Positions 30,271 to 40,985 of a stretch of 64,000 nt of DNA are shown here, piece by piece (position 1 is the stretch's first letter; each line of letters begins with the position of its first letter). The translations under genes were made by a program, and so were the position numbers. Below the pieces are notes generated by a model that was not told where the DNA came from, did no database searches, and saw nothing but the letters and a program-made list of their open reading frames with translations. The stretch comes from a virus: the IMG/VR virus record IMGVR_UViG_3300009181_000044, positions 34,858 through 98,857 of that record; one strand, written 5' to 3'.

Positions 30271-32109
30271 TTATACCTCTATTTGTGAGATGTTGTTGCG
30301 TTTCAGTACATTTACTTTTTCCAGTAAAGGATGGGTAAATCCATGTGAAACAAGGAAAGTATTTAGGTGCTCTTCTCTGAGCAATACTTCTACTAGTTTT
30401 TCTTTGCCGTCAACGTCTAGCGTTTCGACAGTTTCATCTAATATTAGAAGGTTAATTCTTGAACTAGATAAAGTTTGCATTAGCTTTCTGATAGCTAATA
30501 AAGTTGCCACGTTAACTCTGGCTTTTTCACCACCAGAGAGAGCTAAGATTTCAATATCTTTGCCATTATCAGTGATAACTACATTTAGTTTGTCACTAGC
30601 AGATATTTTAAATCCTATTTGAAATCTACCATCAGATAAGTCAATTAGATACTTATTTGTAATTTCTTCTAAGTCTTTTACTAAGCATTCTATTTTATAA
30701 GCTACTAAACCAGTAGTTGAGAATGTCTTTGTTAACACGTTAGTTATAGACATTTTTTCAGATAATTCATGCAGTTTTGAACTATAAACTTCAAGTTCTG
30801 CATTCATTTCTGTTAGTTGACTACTAATAGTTTCTACTTTAGCGTTATGAGCACTAACACTAGCATTTTTCTTTTCTGCTATAGCAATAGTTGACTTAAT
30901 ATTAGCAATCGCTGTTTGAAGTGCTGTAAACTTAGAATCTAGTTCGTTTTTATCAAGCAAATCTTCTTGTAGCTCAGAATTAATTAGCTGATGATACTTT
31001 TCCCACTCATCTCGTGATTTATTTGCTGATTTCCATGCCGCAGTTTTAATAGTAAACTCTTGCTCAATTGTATCTATTTCAACTAGTCGCGTGTTAATTT
31101 TAGCTATTTTTCCAGAAGCATTCACTATTATAGCATATTGTTCAGCTACTAAAGTGGCGATTTTTTCTTTGTCAATAGCTTGTAAACAAGTAGGACACGT
31201 ACCTTGTAGAGCGCCTATCTTTTTAATAAAAGCGTCTGAGTCTTTCACAGATTTGGTTAACTCAATAGAACTAGTGTTTAATTGTTTAATTTCTGGATTT
31301 AAACCACTAACCGTGTCTACTGGATTTTCTGGTAGTGGAAATAGTTTAATACCGGACTGTATCTGTTTATAAGTATTATTCTGAGTAATCTTTTTGTTTG
31401 TGGAGTCTAGCCCGCGTATTTGGCTATCAAGTTCCGAAGCCTCAGTCAATAAAGTATCTTCTATCACAGGTACTTCACAATAGTCTTTGTGAGATAAATC
31501 CATCTTAGAATATTTATCTAACCAACTATTAACTGTGTTAACTTGTGACTGTGCTGACGCAATGTCTTTGGTCAATTCCTGAGCTACATCTTTAAATATT
31601 TCTTGTACGCGAGTATACTTAGTTAGATTCAGTATTTCAATTAAAAACTTTTTACGTGCTGTATCAGCAGCAGTTAAGAATTCTAAACTGCTAGCATTTG
31701 ATTGGTATACAATTTGTGCAAAAGTTTTATGATCGAATCCAAGAATATCTTCAATCATTTTATAAGTTGCTGTAGCAGTATGCGCACTTATATCTACAGT
31801 ATTTTTATATAGTTTAACTGTTTGAGCAGCCCCACGCGATGTTTTAATTGTGTACTCTACACCGTCGCGTTCAAAGTCAAGTTCAATAGTATAAGTTTTG
31901 TCTTTTACGTATCTATTTAAAATATCTGCTTTTTTAATGCCTTTTGAATTCTTATTAAATAATACTTCTTCTAAAATAAGAGCAATAGAGCTTTTGCCGT
32001 GACCGTTACGACCCACTAACTGTGTTAGGGGTGAAGCAACAAAATCAATGACATTATCTTTTCCATAACTAAAAGCATTGCTCCAATTTAATTTTTTAAT
32101 TGTTATCAT
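30271..32109 (-). CDS. SbcC/Rad50-like recombination ATPase (T5 D13-like)
   Basis: 'GRNGHGKS', CPTC zinc hook, 'LSGGE' and 'LLILDE' motifs. Confidence 0.92.
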   Translation of the reverse strand: MITIKKLNWSNAFSYGKDNVIDFVASPLTQLVGRNGHGKSSIALILEEVLFNKNSKGIKKADILNRYVKDKTYTIELDFERDGVEYTIKTSRGAAQTVKLYKNTVDISAHTATATYKMIEDILGFDHKTFAQIVYQSNASSLEFLTAADTARKKFLIEILNLTKYTRVQEIFKDVAQELTKDIASAQSQVNTVNSWLDKYSKMDLSHKDYCEVPVIEDTLLTEASELDSQIRGLDSTNKKITQNNTYKQIQSGIKLFPLPENPVDTVSGLNPEIKQLNTSSIELTKSVKDSDAFIKKIGALQGTCPTCLQAIDKEKIATLVAEQYAIIVNASGKIAKINTRLVEIDTIEQEFTIKTAAWKSANKSRDEWEKYHQLINSELQEDLLDKNELDSKFTALQTAIANIKSTIAIAEKKNASVSAHNAKVETISSQLTEMNAELEVYSSKLHELSEKMSITNVLTKTFSTTGLVAYKIECLVKDLEEITNKYLIDLSDGRFQIGFKISASDKLNVVITDNGKDIEILALSGGEKARVNVATLLAIRKLMQTLSSSRINLLILDETVETLDVDGKEKLVEVLLREEHLNTFLVSHGFTHPLLEKVNVLKRNNISQIEV

Positions 32110-32356
32110 GTTCCAATAGTTCTTTTTTCAATTCGTGCAATCCGCCCACATATTTTCCGTTTATAAATATCTGTGGAACACTCCTAGCATCTGGTACTTT
32201 TTGAACTAAGTCTTTCTTTGAGTACCCGTTAATGCCTATCATACACTCTACATAGCTAATTGCTCGTTGTTCTAGTAATCGTTTTGCTTCTGTGCAGGCG
32301 GGGCAGTTTGTTTGTGACCATACCTCGGCTTTAAAGTGACTCAAATTTTTCCGCAT
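32096..32356 (-). CDS. Glutaredoxin
   Basis: CPAC active site; 'SVPQIFING..VGG'. Confidence 0.88.
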   Translation of the reverse strand: MRKNLSHFKAEVWSQTNCPACTEAKRLLEQRAISYVECMIGINGYSKKDLVQKVPDARSVPQIFINGKYVGGLHELKKELLEHDNN

Positions 32357-33287
32357 GATTTTGTAACTCCTTTAGTACAGATTCTATTGTTTCATCTGGT
32401 AGTTCTAAGATGTAAGCTAAATACTCTTTAACTTCTTCTACCAGACTCATTTCAGGATCTAGGATAAGTGCAGAGTCTGTTTCTCGTTTAATTACCTTAC
32501 GGTCAATTAAATCTGAATCTTCGAGTTCGCCAAGTTCTTGCATATCGCCTTCAACTTGGTAAATGGTGTGATCAAAAACTGTTGCCGGTTTAGGGTCACT
32601 AACCCCAACAGTTTTTCTGATAAGTTGAGGTAAGCTGAATTTGAGCCAAACATGATCCAAAGAATCTGAGTCAAGCAAAATAGCTCCAGTGTCCACGGAA
32701 CTTCTATGAAAGCTAGTAGTATAAGGACTACCAGGATACAGGATATTAAGTTGTGAATTTTCATAACTGTGTAAATCACCTGCTAACACTACTTGCCAGC
32801 GGTTAAATAGTGTTAAGTCAACTTCGGACTTAACGTGTGGAGGAATGTCGCCACGAACGTGAGTACAACATATATTTCCATATACTAAGTGAGGGGCTTT
32901 TTCAAACTCTTTTAGTTTATTGTACGGAATAAAATCAATGTTATTGTAACTGTAAAAATCATCAATAACTTGTACTAGTGAGTTTAGTCTATTAGTTGAT
33001 TTTTTAAGGTTAGATAAGAAAGTAGTGTCTTTCTTTAGCATTTCGTGATTACCAGAATATATAATGGTTGGCTTTGTAAAACTAGCCACAAAGTCAAAAT
33101 ATAACTCTACTTCATCCATTGTTGGTAGTCGGTCAAATATATCACCACCAATAATTACTAAATCAGCCCCTTCTTGCATTTGTTGAAACTGCTCAACAAA
33201 CATATGAAAACGATTTTTTGCCCACTCAATAGGTACGTTTTTTTGACCTAATTTTATATGCACATCTGCGGTAAATAGTATTTTCAT
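32331..33287 (-). CDS. SbcD/Mre11-like nuclease (T5 D12-like)
   Basis: 'ADVH', 'GDIFD', 'GNHE', 'GDLH' and 'YPGS' motifs. Confidence 0.9.
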   Translation of the reverse strand: MKILFTADVHIKLGQKNVPIEWAKNRFHMFVEQFQQMQEGADLVIIGGDIFDRLPTMDEVELYFDFVASFTKPTIIYSGNHEMLKKDTTFLSNLKKSTNRLNSLVQVIDDFYSYNNIDFIPYNKLKEFEKAPHLVYGNICCTHVRGDIPPHVKSEVDLTLFNRWQVVLAGDLHSYENSQLNILYPGSPYTTSFHRSSVDTGAILLDSDSLDHVWLKFSLPQLIRKTVGVSDPKPATVFDHTIYQVEGDMQELGELEDSDLIDRKVIKRETDSALILDPEMSLVEEVKEYLAYILELPDETIESVLKELQNHAEKFESL

Positions 33288-33296
33288 TTTTATAGA

Positions 33297-33333
33297 CAAA
33301 ATAGCCCGCAAAGCATAAAGTTTTGCGGGCTAT
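33297..33333 (-). terminator. Intrinsic terminator
   Basis: ATAGCCCGCAAA...TTTGCGGGCTAT hairpin after D11. Confidence 0.75.
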
Positions 33334-33337
33334 AATT

Positions 33338-33985
33338 TTAACCTAAGTCTTTAACGGCTTCACGCTCTGATTCTGAAGCGCCTTCATCTGTTTCTTCGTC
33401 ACTATGTGTAGTAACTTTGTTTAACAGGGCTAATACTTCATCAGCGGTAGGACGAGGATACTTTTCATCAATAGCTTTACTGGTAGTAACTAGTTCGCGC
33501 TCTGTATCTGACAGTGGGCGTGACTTGCAACGAAGTACTTGCAGTTGGTATTCAACGTTAAAAGGTAGAGGGCCAGTCTTAACTCGCTTAAAAACAACAT
33601 CCCAACCACTATCAAAATCAGTTGGATCGCCCAAATCTTCGGCGGCTGTCATAACTTGTTCAAACAATTTCTTTTTAAGGTTAAGTGCCTTAATTTTGCC
33701 ATCTTTAGGGTCGATACAGTTTACTGTGTATGACCAAGTGCATTTTAGTTCAGGAAAGAATTTTGGAACATGATCTACTTCTAGATTGTCAAATTTTTCT
33801 TTTTCTCTACTAAAAGCTAAACACTCAACAGGAATATCCTTGTTATTAGTGCCCTTAATCCAGTAAATGTAGCGAGGTAAGAGTCCACCAATTAAGCGAA
33901 CTGAATTTTCGCCATCTTTGTACTCGTATGCCTCTACTTTGTTTGATTGTGCTTTGCCTTTTGTATTCTTAAAGCTAATTGCCAT
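33338..33985 (-). CDS. ssDNA-binding protein (T5 D11-like)
   Basis: T5 synteny; 'LGDPTD...GWDVVFKRVKTGP' and acidic tail. Confidence 0.75.
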   Translation of the reverse strand: MAISFKNTKGKAQSNKVEAYEYKDGENSVRLIGGLLPRYIYWIKGTNNKDIPVECLAFSREKEKFDNLEVDHVPKFFPELKCTWSYTVNCIDPKDGKIKALNLKKKLFEQVMTAAEDLGDPTDFDSGWDVVFKRVKTGPLPFNVEYQLQVLRCKSRPLSDTERELVTTSKAIDEKYPRPTADEVLALLNKVTTHSDEETDEGASESEREAVKDLG

Positions 33986-34370
33986 TTTTAATATCCTCGT
34001 ATTTAAAGTGTATTTTGTTTTCTGTTATAGTTAGTAGCGGATTTGTTATTATTTTGCTTATATCAATATCTTTGAAATAAGATAAGTCTAAGTAATTAAT
34101 ATTGTAAAGTTTGTATGAGCTATAATCTCGTCTTCCGGCTAACTGTATATATTGTGATTTATAAATTACATCAGTTGTTTTATCTGTAAATAAATCTGCA
34201 GGGTTTACTAAAAAACTATTTCCAATTAAATTACTAATGGGTTTAATTTTAGTCAAGTAATTTTTTGGTATAGATTTTTTAGTAAAATGCAAACGAAGTT
34301 TTTCAACTATTAAGTTAGGATCGTTTTTAGTTTCAGATTCTAAAACTGAAAGGTTAAAGAAAAAAGTCAT
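33975..34370 (-). CDS. Hypothetical protein (T5-like position between D10 and D11)
   Basis: ORF and synteny. Confidence 0.6.
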   Translation of the reverse strand: MTFFFNLSVLESETKNDPNLIVEKLRLHFTKKSIPKNYLTKIKPISNLIGNSFLVNPADLFTDKTTDVIYKSQYIQLAGRRDYSSYKLYNINYLDLSYFKDIDISKIITNPLLTITENKIHFKYEDIKNGN

Positions 34371-34389
34371 ATTCTGTAACTTAAAGATT

Positions 34390-34418
34390 ATTATAGCAGA
34401 TTAACAACTGTAGTGCAA
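34390..34418 (-). promoter_or_regulatory. sigma70-like promoter
   Basis: TTGCAC-17-TATAAT with extended -10 TG. Confidence 0.7.
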
Positions 34419-34428
34419 GTTAATTTTT

Positions 34429-35718
34429 TTATATGGTAGTTATTTGCCAGCCTTTACGCATATAAAGCCCAAGCCTATCATTGTTTTGTTTTTTATCAGC
34501 ATAACCAGCAAAGTTAATATCTATTACTAACGGATTCAGTTTTTCTGGAAAAATTCTTTGAATCCTGCCTATGATTTGTTCTAATAAGCTATCATTAGAC
34601 ATAGGCACTGCTAAAATAACGCACGATAAGGCATTAATAGAAATGCCTTCTGAAAAGATTTGTCTTGATCCTGCAATGGCTTTCTTTTCTCCATTGAGGA
34701 TTTGTTGTTTTGCTTGATCTCTGTCGCCTTCGGTTCCAGTAACCAACAAACACGTTTCTCCAACATATTCTTTGACCTTTTGTAAAAATTCAACTCTATC
34801 TGCAATAATCAATACAGAGTGACCATTATCAATTTCTATATTTGCTATACCAGCAACAAATTGTCGGTATTTATCGTTTTCACACAAATCATTGATTTTT
34901 TCTACCCAAGTTGCGCCAGTCTTTAGTGTTATACCACTTTTAACTATTCTGATCTTAGGAATAAGTGTATTAGCTTCTGGAGGCTTTAATACATGAGTAC
35001 CAAAATAATCAGGAAATAATATGTGCTTACCGTCTTTACGAATCATTGTACCCGAAAGAGCAATTCTGTATCTAGCGTAAAAACTGTCTACTGTTGTAGA
35101 AAAAGTAGTAGCAGGACAGTGGTGTGCTTCATCCATTATAACTGTACCAAATTCTTTTGATAAAGTTGCTAGATGTTTAACTACGGACTGTATGTTTCCT
35201 ACTACTATTGCCCTGTCTTCAATATCAAACTCGCCACCACCAATTACTCCAGCAGTCATACCAAATAAGATTTTTACTTCTTCTATCCACTGATCTCTTA
35301 GTGCAGCAGTATGTGTAATAACTAAAGTTCGTTGCCCAAACTTACGTGCTAAATGTAGCGCAGTAAAAGTTTTGCCCCAGCCTGGTAGTGCATTAATAAA
35401 ACACGTATCCTTTACTTCGTTATATATTAGTACTTGATCATCGCGTAAAGGATGTATTGTCTCAGGAAAGGGTACAGGTACTAGACTCCGCTTATCTATA
35501 ATTTCGAAATTTTCGGGAATCAAGTCCTGTCGTCCTTGAGGTATACTAACTATACCTTTAGGCAACATTTTGTAGTTTTTTATTGTTTCAACGGCAAAAA
35601 ATTTCTTTGAGCCAGTATCTTTTGCAATTTTATATGTTAGTGTTTTGATAATCTTTTTAAGGTAATCTGCACCTGGATTATCCATATATATTCTGTTTGA
35701 TATAATTGCTTTAGGCAT
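34429..35718 (-). CDS. SF2 helicase (T5 D10/UvsW-like)
   Basis: 'PGWGKT', 'DEAH', 'LSGT' and 'QIIGRIQR' motifs. Confidence 0.9.
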   Translation of the reverse strand: MPKAIISNRIYMDNPGADYLKKIIKTLTYKIAKDTGSKKFFAVETIKNYKMLPKGIVSIPQGRQDLIPENFEIIDKRSLVPVPFPETIHPLRDDQVLIYNEVKDTCFINALPGWGKTFTALHLARKFGQRTLVITHTAALRDQWIEEVKILFGMTAGVIGGGEFDIEDRAIVVGNIQSVVKHLATLSKEFGTVIMDEAHHCPATTFSTTVDSFYARYRIALSGTMIRKDGKHILFPDYFGTHVLKPPEANTLIPKIRIVKSGITLKTGATWVEKINDLCENDKYRQFVAGIANIEIDNGHSVLIIADRVEFLQKVKEYVGETCLLVTGTEGDRDQAKQQILNGEKKAIAGSRQIFSEGISINALSCVILAVPMSNDSLLEQIIGRIQRIFPEKLNPLVIDINFAGYADKKQNNDRLGLYMRKGWQITTI

Positions 35719-36290
35719 TATACTAGTCTCCAGCTATCGTTTGTAGCAGTCTCGCTAAGACCATATAATAAATATATTTTATTTATTACTAAGAATACTG
35801 CATAGCGGTGAAAGTCTTGTGGTCGTTGTAGGCTTTTAAATCTTTGAGATAGACCTTCTACTTCTAATACACACCCTATACCATCAGCAGGTAAAACTTG
35901 TTTGATCTTTTTTGTGGTAAGTTTGGCGCGTGTATATTTTTTCCACTGAAATACCTTGCCACTATTATCTATAAACCATGTACTGGCTTTGGCAAGTTTT
36001 ATTAAGTCAGCTAAAAAATATATTGCGGTTGATATTTTATGTAGTTTTATATTTGCGTCTTTTTGTAGTGCAAGCCTACGTAAACCCAGTGTTTTTTGTG
36101 GTAGATTTTTATCATCTATGATTTTAATTGTAAGACTACTAGTATTAGTATCGTCCACATATTCGGTGTGAAAGAACACCAACCCATTGTACTGGGTTGG
36201 CTCTTTTTCACTCAATTTAAATACGGGCCATGTTATCGCCTGTAACGCCGTAAACTTCGTCAAAGTGTCCAAAACTGTAGTCATCCCCAA
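35718..36290 (-). CDS. Hypothetical protein (T5-like, between pol and D10)
   Basis: ORF and synteny. Confidence 0.6.
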   Translation of the reverse strand: MGMTTVLDTLTKFTALQAITWPVFKLSEKEPTQYNGLVFFHTEYVDDTNTSSLTIKIIDDKNLPQKTLGLRRLALQKDANIKLHKISTAIYFLADLIKLAKASTWFIDNSGKVFQWKKYTRAKLTTKKIKQVLPADGIGCVLEVEGLSQRFKSLQRPQDFHRYAVFLVINKIYLLYGLSETATNDSWRLV

Positions 36291-38496
36291 TATCTTGATC
36301 TACGCCAATAGGTGTGTTAGGGATTTCGCAACCCCATTCGTGTTGTGTGTTACGCTTTAGAATTTCGCAATACTCTTCAACACATTCGTCCTTAACTAGT
36401 GCTACAACTGAGTCATGTACAAGCATAAAGATTTTAGCATCTAGCCCTTTGGCTTTAACTTCATTAGCAGTAGCCATAGCACCAAGCAAATTAATATCAC
36501 TAGCGAGAGACTGAACTTCAGCATTAATTCCGCTACGAACTTCGTGAGCAGCAATACCTTTATCACTAGAAAATACATTAGGTAAACGACGCTTGCGACC
36601 AAAAAAGCTATAAGTATAGCCATTTGTTTCAATAAATGTTTTACGTTCATTTAGCCACTTCTTTAGTTTACTAAATTTATTAAAGTATGCTTTAATATCT
36701 TCACGTGCTTGTTCAACTGGATAAGGTTGACCGGTTGCTTTTGATACAGTCTGAGATACTTTATTAGCACCTGAACCGTATAAAATGCCAAAAGAAATAG
36801 CTTTAGCCGATTGACGCATACTACCGTATAGCTTTTTAACATCCTCAACTGCACAGGGTAAGCTAAACACCATTTTTGCAATAGTTGAGTGAAAGTCACC
36901 ACCACTAGAGAAAACTTGTTGTAGGTTTTTATCTCCTGATAGCACAGCAGCATAGTACATTTCTGCTGTGGTCAAGTCTTGCGAAACAATTTTATAACCT
37001 TCGATAGCTTTGATACAGCCTTTGATAATAGGATTGTCCCTAGGTATTTGCTGAGCATTAAACTTACCAGAACTACTGAGGCGACCGCTAGTGGTAAAGA
37101 TAAGATTAAAATTTGTACGAATTCTACCGTCTCTATCAATTTCTGGTAAAATCTTGGAAATGTAGGTATTTTGAATTTTGCCAAGTTGTCTTACCTTTAA
37201 AATTGCAGCTGGCAATGGGTGTTCTTCGGATAACTGCTCTAGGACTTCGGCATCGGTTGAGATTGCTCCTGTTGCTGTCTTTTTTCCAGTTGGTTGTAAA
37301 CCCAAATAATCGAACAAGACGACACGCAACTGCAAAACACTATTAGGATTAAAAATTTTACCAGTGTCTTTTTCAAACCGCTTAACTTCGTCAAACCCAT
37401 AAACAACTTCCTTTGCTTGTGCAATCTGCTCGTCTAAATACATGTTAGCAGCAGCCATGCGTTCTTTATCTACAGGAATACCTACTTCTTCCATGTCCAT
37501 TAGAAACAAGGTACCTGGAATTAAGATTTCTTTATAGACTTTTAGTAGATTACCGTTCTTCTGAACAATGGGCCAAAACTTTTGAAACAAGTCAAATGTT
37601 ACGGCAGTGTCAATAGAAGCATAACGGCTAATAACATCAAAAGGTATGAGATCATACGTAAAGTCGTCTTGTAAAATTCCGTTCTTTGCACAGTATTCTT
37701 TCTTAAACTCGTCCAATTCAGCATCATAGTCCCCATAGTCAGTATATTTAAGTGCCAGTTGTTTTAAACCATGACTATCAATTTCGTCTAGTACATAGTG
37801 CATAACCATAGTATCGTGTACTTGGTTACGATTAAAATCTATTCCAAAATGATATTTAATCATCTTGTAGTCAAATTTCATGTTGTGAAATATAGTAGAA
37901 AAATTACTTATAATTTCTTGCATTAAATCTAAACACTCGTCATCTAAGCAGTCTGTTAAGATGTATCTGCCATGCTTAGATTTATAACTCATGGAAATAC
38001 CAAGCACATATCCGTCTCTTGGATAAAGTGCTGTTGTTTCCGTATCCCAGGCAACATAGCCCTCGGCATTGGCTAAGACTTCTCTAAAGAATTCTTTTGC
38101 TTCTTCAGTATCGTCAATGCCTTTAAAATCACCAGTTACTAGTGGCTGTAGTGAGCCTTTCACATATTTGTGAATTCTATCTACAGCACGATCAAAGTCT
38201 GGTTTGCCTTCTGGTTTAAACGCTAGCATGGCCGGATTTGAGATAGCAATAAATTTATCTGCTACTAATTGGCCTGCCATGTTTGTAACTGAGGATACTT
38301 TTGCGTATTCTTTTGCGGCTTCTGCGCCCACTAAGATAACGTAATTATAAGGTTCTAAGTCTACTACCAAGTCTACGTCTTTTTTCAAGAGTTTGGTAAT
38401 TGGCTTAGAACTCATATGATAGTGATCGTACTCAAATTCAAAATACTCTGAATAGCGGGTACGATTTGGGGCTTTGTCAATAATTGCAATTTTCAT
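36217..38496 (-). CDS. polA: Family A DNA polymerase with 3'-5' exonuclease domain
   Basis: 'DTETT', 'HNMKFD', 'TTSGRLSS', 'QDLTTAE', 'RQSAKAISFGILYG' and 'VHDS' motifs. Confidence 0.95.
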   Translation of the reverse strand: MKIAIIDKAPNRTRYSEYFEFEYDHYHMSSKPITKLLKKDVDLVVDLEPYNYVILVGAEAAKEYAKVSSVTNMAGQLVADKFIAISNPAMLAFKPEGKPDFDRAVDRIHKYVKGSLQPLVTGDFKGIDDTEEAKEFFREVLANAEGYVAWDTETTALYPRDGYVLGISMSYKSKHGRYILTDCLDDECLDLMQEIISNFSTIFHNMKFDYKMIKYHFGIDFNRNQVHDTMVMHYVLDEIDSHGLKQLALKYTDYGDYDAELDEFKKEYCAKNGILQDDFTYDLIPFDVISRYASIDTAVTFDLFQKFWPIVQKNGNLLKVYKEILIPGTLFLMDMEEVGIPVDKERMAAANMYLDEQIAQAKEVVYGFDEVKRFEKDTGKIFNPNSVLQLRVVLFDYLGLQPTGKKTATGAISTDAEVLEQLSEEHPLPAAILKVRQLGKIQNTYISKILPEIDRDGRIRTNFNLIFTTSGRLSSSGKFNAQQIPRDNPIIKGCIKAIEGYKIVSQDLTTAEMYYAAVLSGDKNLQQVFSSGGDFHSTIAKMVFSLPCAVEDVKKLYGSMRQSAKAISFGILYGSGANKVSQTVSKATGQPYPVEQAREDIKAYFNKFSKLKKWLNERKTFIETNGYTYSFFGRKRRLPNVFSSDKGIAAHEVRSGINAEVQSLASDINLLGAMATANEVKAKGLDAKIFMLVHDSVVALVKDECVEEYCEILKRNTQHEWGCEIPNTPIGVDQDIGDDYSFGHFDEVYGVTGDNMARI

Positions 38497-38516
38497 AGTT
38501 GTTTCCATAATACTTT

Positions 38517-38545
38517 ATTATAGCGTATTTAGCTAATCTTTTCAA
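38517..38545 (-). promoter_or_regulatory. sigma70-like promoter
   Basis: TTGAAA-17-TATAAT. Confidence 0.7.
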
Positions 38546-38547
38546 GT

Positions 38548-39402
38548 TCATTTTGTTATATACTCAGCAGTAGAGTCTACATCTTCTTGCGACAATTCAC
38601 CTGGGTCTACGTCGTCCGGTAGTGTTATTATTTGCACTATAAAACCGCAATCTTCAATTAGTGGCTTTAGTAACTCACTAGCTTTTCTGCCTGCTTCATC
38701 ACCATCAAACATTAAATAAACGTGAGTAATGCCTTGTGCTTTAAAAGGCAACATTTTTTGTTTTGTTGAATTTTGAAGTGTGTTTGTACCAAAAGCACAT
38801 ATAACATTATGTAAGCCCTTGTCGTACAAATTTAACATATCAAAAATACCTTCAACAATTACCATAGACTTGTAGCCTGCTGGTAAATGACTAGGAAATA
38901 CTGGTATCTGAACTCCGCTTGGGTAGTTTAAATATCTAGGATTGCCGTTTGATAGGGTATGTCTACCTACAAAAACTACTGTTTTACCAGTTATGTCCTT
39001 GACGGGAAATATAATTCGGTCTTGTAGTTTTTCTACTTGATTTGTATAAAAAGCTCCAAAATACTTTAAAGTTTGTGGGCTAATGCCGCGAAACTGTTTG
39101 GTATAAGGCGTATATCCTGTAGGCAACTCTAAGTCTAGTCCAAAGTTTTTTAGTTCCGCTAATTTTTCTTTTAGTGCTGCTATTTTAAGTGGAATTGGAT
39201 TTGTAAATATGCCGTAGTATTTAAATATGTTCGTTTTAAACCCACAACTAAAACAATGAGCAATCCCACTTACTCTGTCAACTCGGAAACTAGGGTTTGA
39301 GTCTTCGTGCTCTGAGTTTAGGCATTTGATTAAGTAGTCACGACCAGATACTGTAAATGCCAAACTATTTTTATTTAAAATATCTAATACTGGATCACTC
39401 AT
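38548..39402 (-). CDS. DNA primase
   Basis: Zn finger (C..H...PSF...HCFSC); TOPRIM 'VEGIFD' and 'FDGDEAG'. Confidence 0.92.
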   Translation of the reverse strand: MSDPVLDILNKNSLAFTVSGRDYLIKCLNSEHEDSNPSFRVDRVSGIAHCFSCGFKTNIFKYYGIFTNPIPLKIAALKEKLAELKNFGLDLELPTGYTPYTKQFRGISPQTLKYFGAFYTNQVEKLQDRIIFPVKDITGKTVVFVGRHTLSNGNPRYLNYPSGVQIPVFPSHLPAGYKSMVIVEGIFDMLNLYDKGLHNVICAFGTNTLQNSTKQKMLPFKAQGITHVYLMFDGDEAGRKASELLKPLIEDCGFIVQIITLPDDVDPGELSQEDVDSTAEYITK

Positions 39403-39602
39403 GTTACTACTTTACTTAATTGCCAACTGTGTACTTCTGCTAGTATGCCATCATCATAACGTACTGTTACGTTTGGCCAATATTTTTCTGCGTCATGTTT
39501 GTAAGTTTCTACAACAGCTTGTTTTCTGGTAGTACTTACATATACTAAATCCCCTACTACATATTCGATTCTACGACCATAAGGTACATTTTGATTATGC
39601 AT
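39399..39602 (-). CDS. Small SH3-like hypothetical protein
   Basis: ORF overlapping the helicase and primase ends. Confidence 0.5.
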   Translation of the reverse strand: MHNQNVPYGRRIEYVVGDLVYVSTTRKQAVVETYKHDAEKYWPNVTVRYDDGILAEVHSWQLSKVVT

Positions 39603-40983
39603 TCCAGGGTAAGTCAGATTGTGAATCATCTTGTTTTACCTGTTCTTTTGGTTTCTTACCAGCTTTCTTAATAACTTCCTTATCGGCAGGCCTGTCCACA
39701 GACTGTGGGCTAATGCGTAAGGTATCCCAATCGATCGGGCACGTAAATGCCATTTCCTTGCCGCCACGAATTTTCGTGGTTTCAAAGCTGATTGCGTTCG
39801 TTTCTTTATCGTGTGCTTCCATCGTAAGAGCAATGTCCGCCGCATCCAATATACCTTTTGCGAACCGTGCTTCTCCGGTTGCATCGATCTGGTATGGCGA
39901 AACCATAACAATTTCATATTTTCGTGCAAGATTTTTAAGTTTCTTTGATACTTCAATTTGTGGTTTCCAGTCAAACTGATCGCTTCCTTCTAGTACAATT
40001 TGATTTAGGTAATCAACAACCGCTACTTTTAGTTTATCACCAAATCTAGCTTTGGCTTTACCAATATGCAAGTCGATACTGCTTAGGGTTAAGTCTCTGT
40101 CATCAACAATAATCATTTGATTATCTTCTTTTAGCTGATGCTGTCTTACTAGGTTTTCTTCAAATTTAAACCTGTCTCTATGACGCATAAAGTCTAGTAC
40201 TGTTTGATCTGCGTCTTGAAACATATCTGCTCTGACTTTTACTACCCTAAGTATTTCATCGTCAGTTAGTTTATGCTGTTTGAGATTCTGGAGATTAACG
40301 TTAGCTAAAATTGCTAAGTTACGCTCCATTGTCTCCATTGCTGTCATTTCAATAGAGAAATAAATACTACTGTTACCAGACTGATATTGATTAACAAAGA
40401 TGTTGCTACTAGTAATAGATTTACCGGAGCCTCGTTTACCCCCAATGAGTATGAGTTCTTGGCGAGCAACACCACCAAGAACAGCGTCAAAAGTATTATT
40501 AAGGCCAAGATATACACGTTCTTTCTCCAAATCTTCTGGGTGACGAAACATCATTATGTCCGCCATTGTAAAAACTTTCTCACTAGTGTGAGTTTTTTCT
40601 TCTATTGTTAAGGCTATACTTGCTAAATTATCTTTTATTTCTGCGGAATCGTAAAGCGGTAGTTTGTCTACGAATTTGTCTAATAATTTTACGGTTTCAT
40701 TTTGTGTATACTGATCGATTAACGCATCTAGCGCAACCTCAGCTGAAACGTCAGGAACCTCAGTTAAACGGAGAGTTGCTAACGTCTTGGACGCCGGACC
40801 CTCCCTTAAGGTTAATTCTAGGTCATCAAATGACGGTATAGCGCTATACTTATCATAGTACTTATTTATTACGCTATACAAGGAAGAGTACGCAGCATCT
40901 AAAAATACTAACTTAAGCTTTGCCCAAATATCTAAGTTTCGCTCAGTTAATAATTTATTTAAGACTACTGCTGATGTATCCAA
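39595..40983 (-). CDS. Replicative DnaB-like helicase
   Basis: 'GKRGSGKS', 'FSIEM', 'VVDYLN' and 'KIRG' motifs. Confidence 0.9.
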   Translation of the reverse strand: MDTSAVVLNKLLTERNLDIWAKLKLVFLDAAYSSLYSVINKYYDKYSAIPSFDDLELTLREGPASKTLATLRLTEVPDVSAEVALDALIDQYTQNETVKLLDKFVDKLPLYDSAEIKDNLASIALTIEEKTHTSEKVFTMADIMMFRHPEDLEKERVYLGLNNTFDAVLGGVARQELILIGGKRGSGKSITSSNIFVNQYQSGNSSIYFSIEMTAMETMERNLAILANVNLQNLKQHKLTDDEILRVVKVRADMFQDADQTVLDFMRHRDRFKFEENLVRQHQLKEDNQMIIVDDRDLTLSSIDLHIGKAKARFGDKLKVAVVDYLNQIVLEGSDQFDWKPQIEVSKKLKNLARKYEIVMVSPYQIDATGEARFAKGILDAADIALTMEAHDKETNAISFETTKIRGGKEMAFTCPIDWDTLRISPQSVDRPADKEVIKKAGKKPKEQVKQDDSQSDLPWNA

Positions 40984-40985
40984 GG

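Noticed and set aside
26173-40983. Introns or inteins in nrdJ, polymerase or helicase
   Set aside because: ORFs are continuous, of normal length, and lack intein or homing endonuclease motifs
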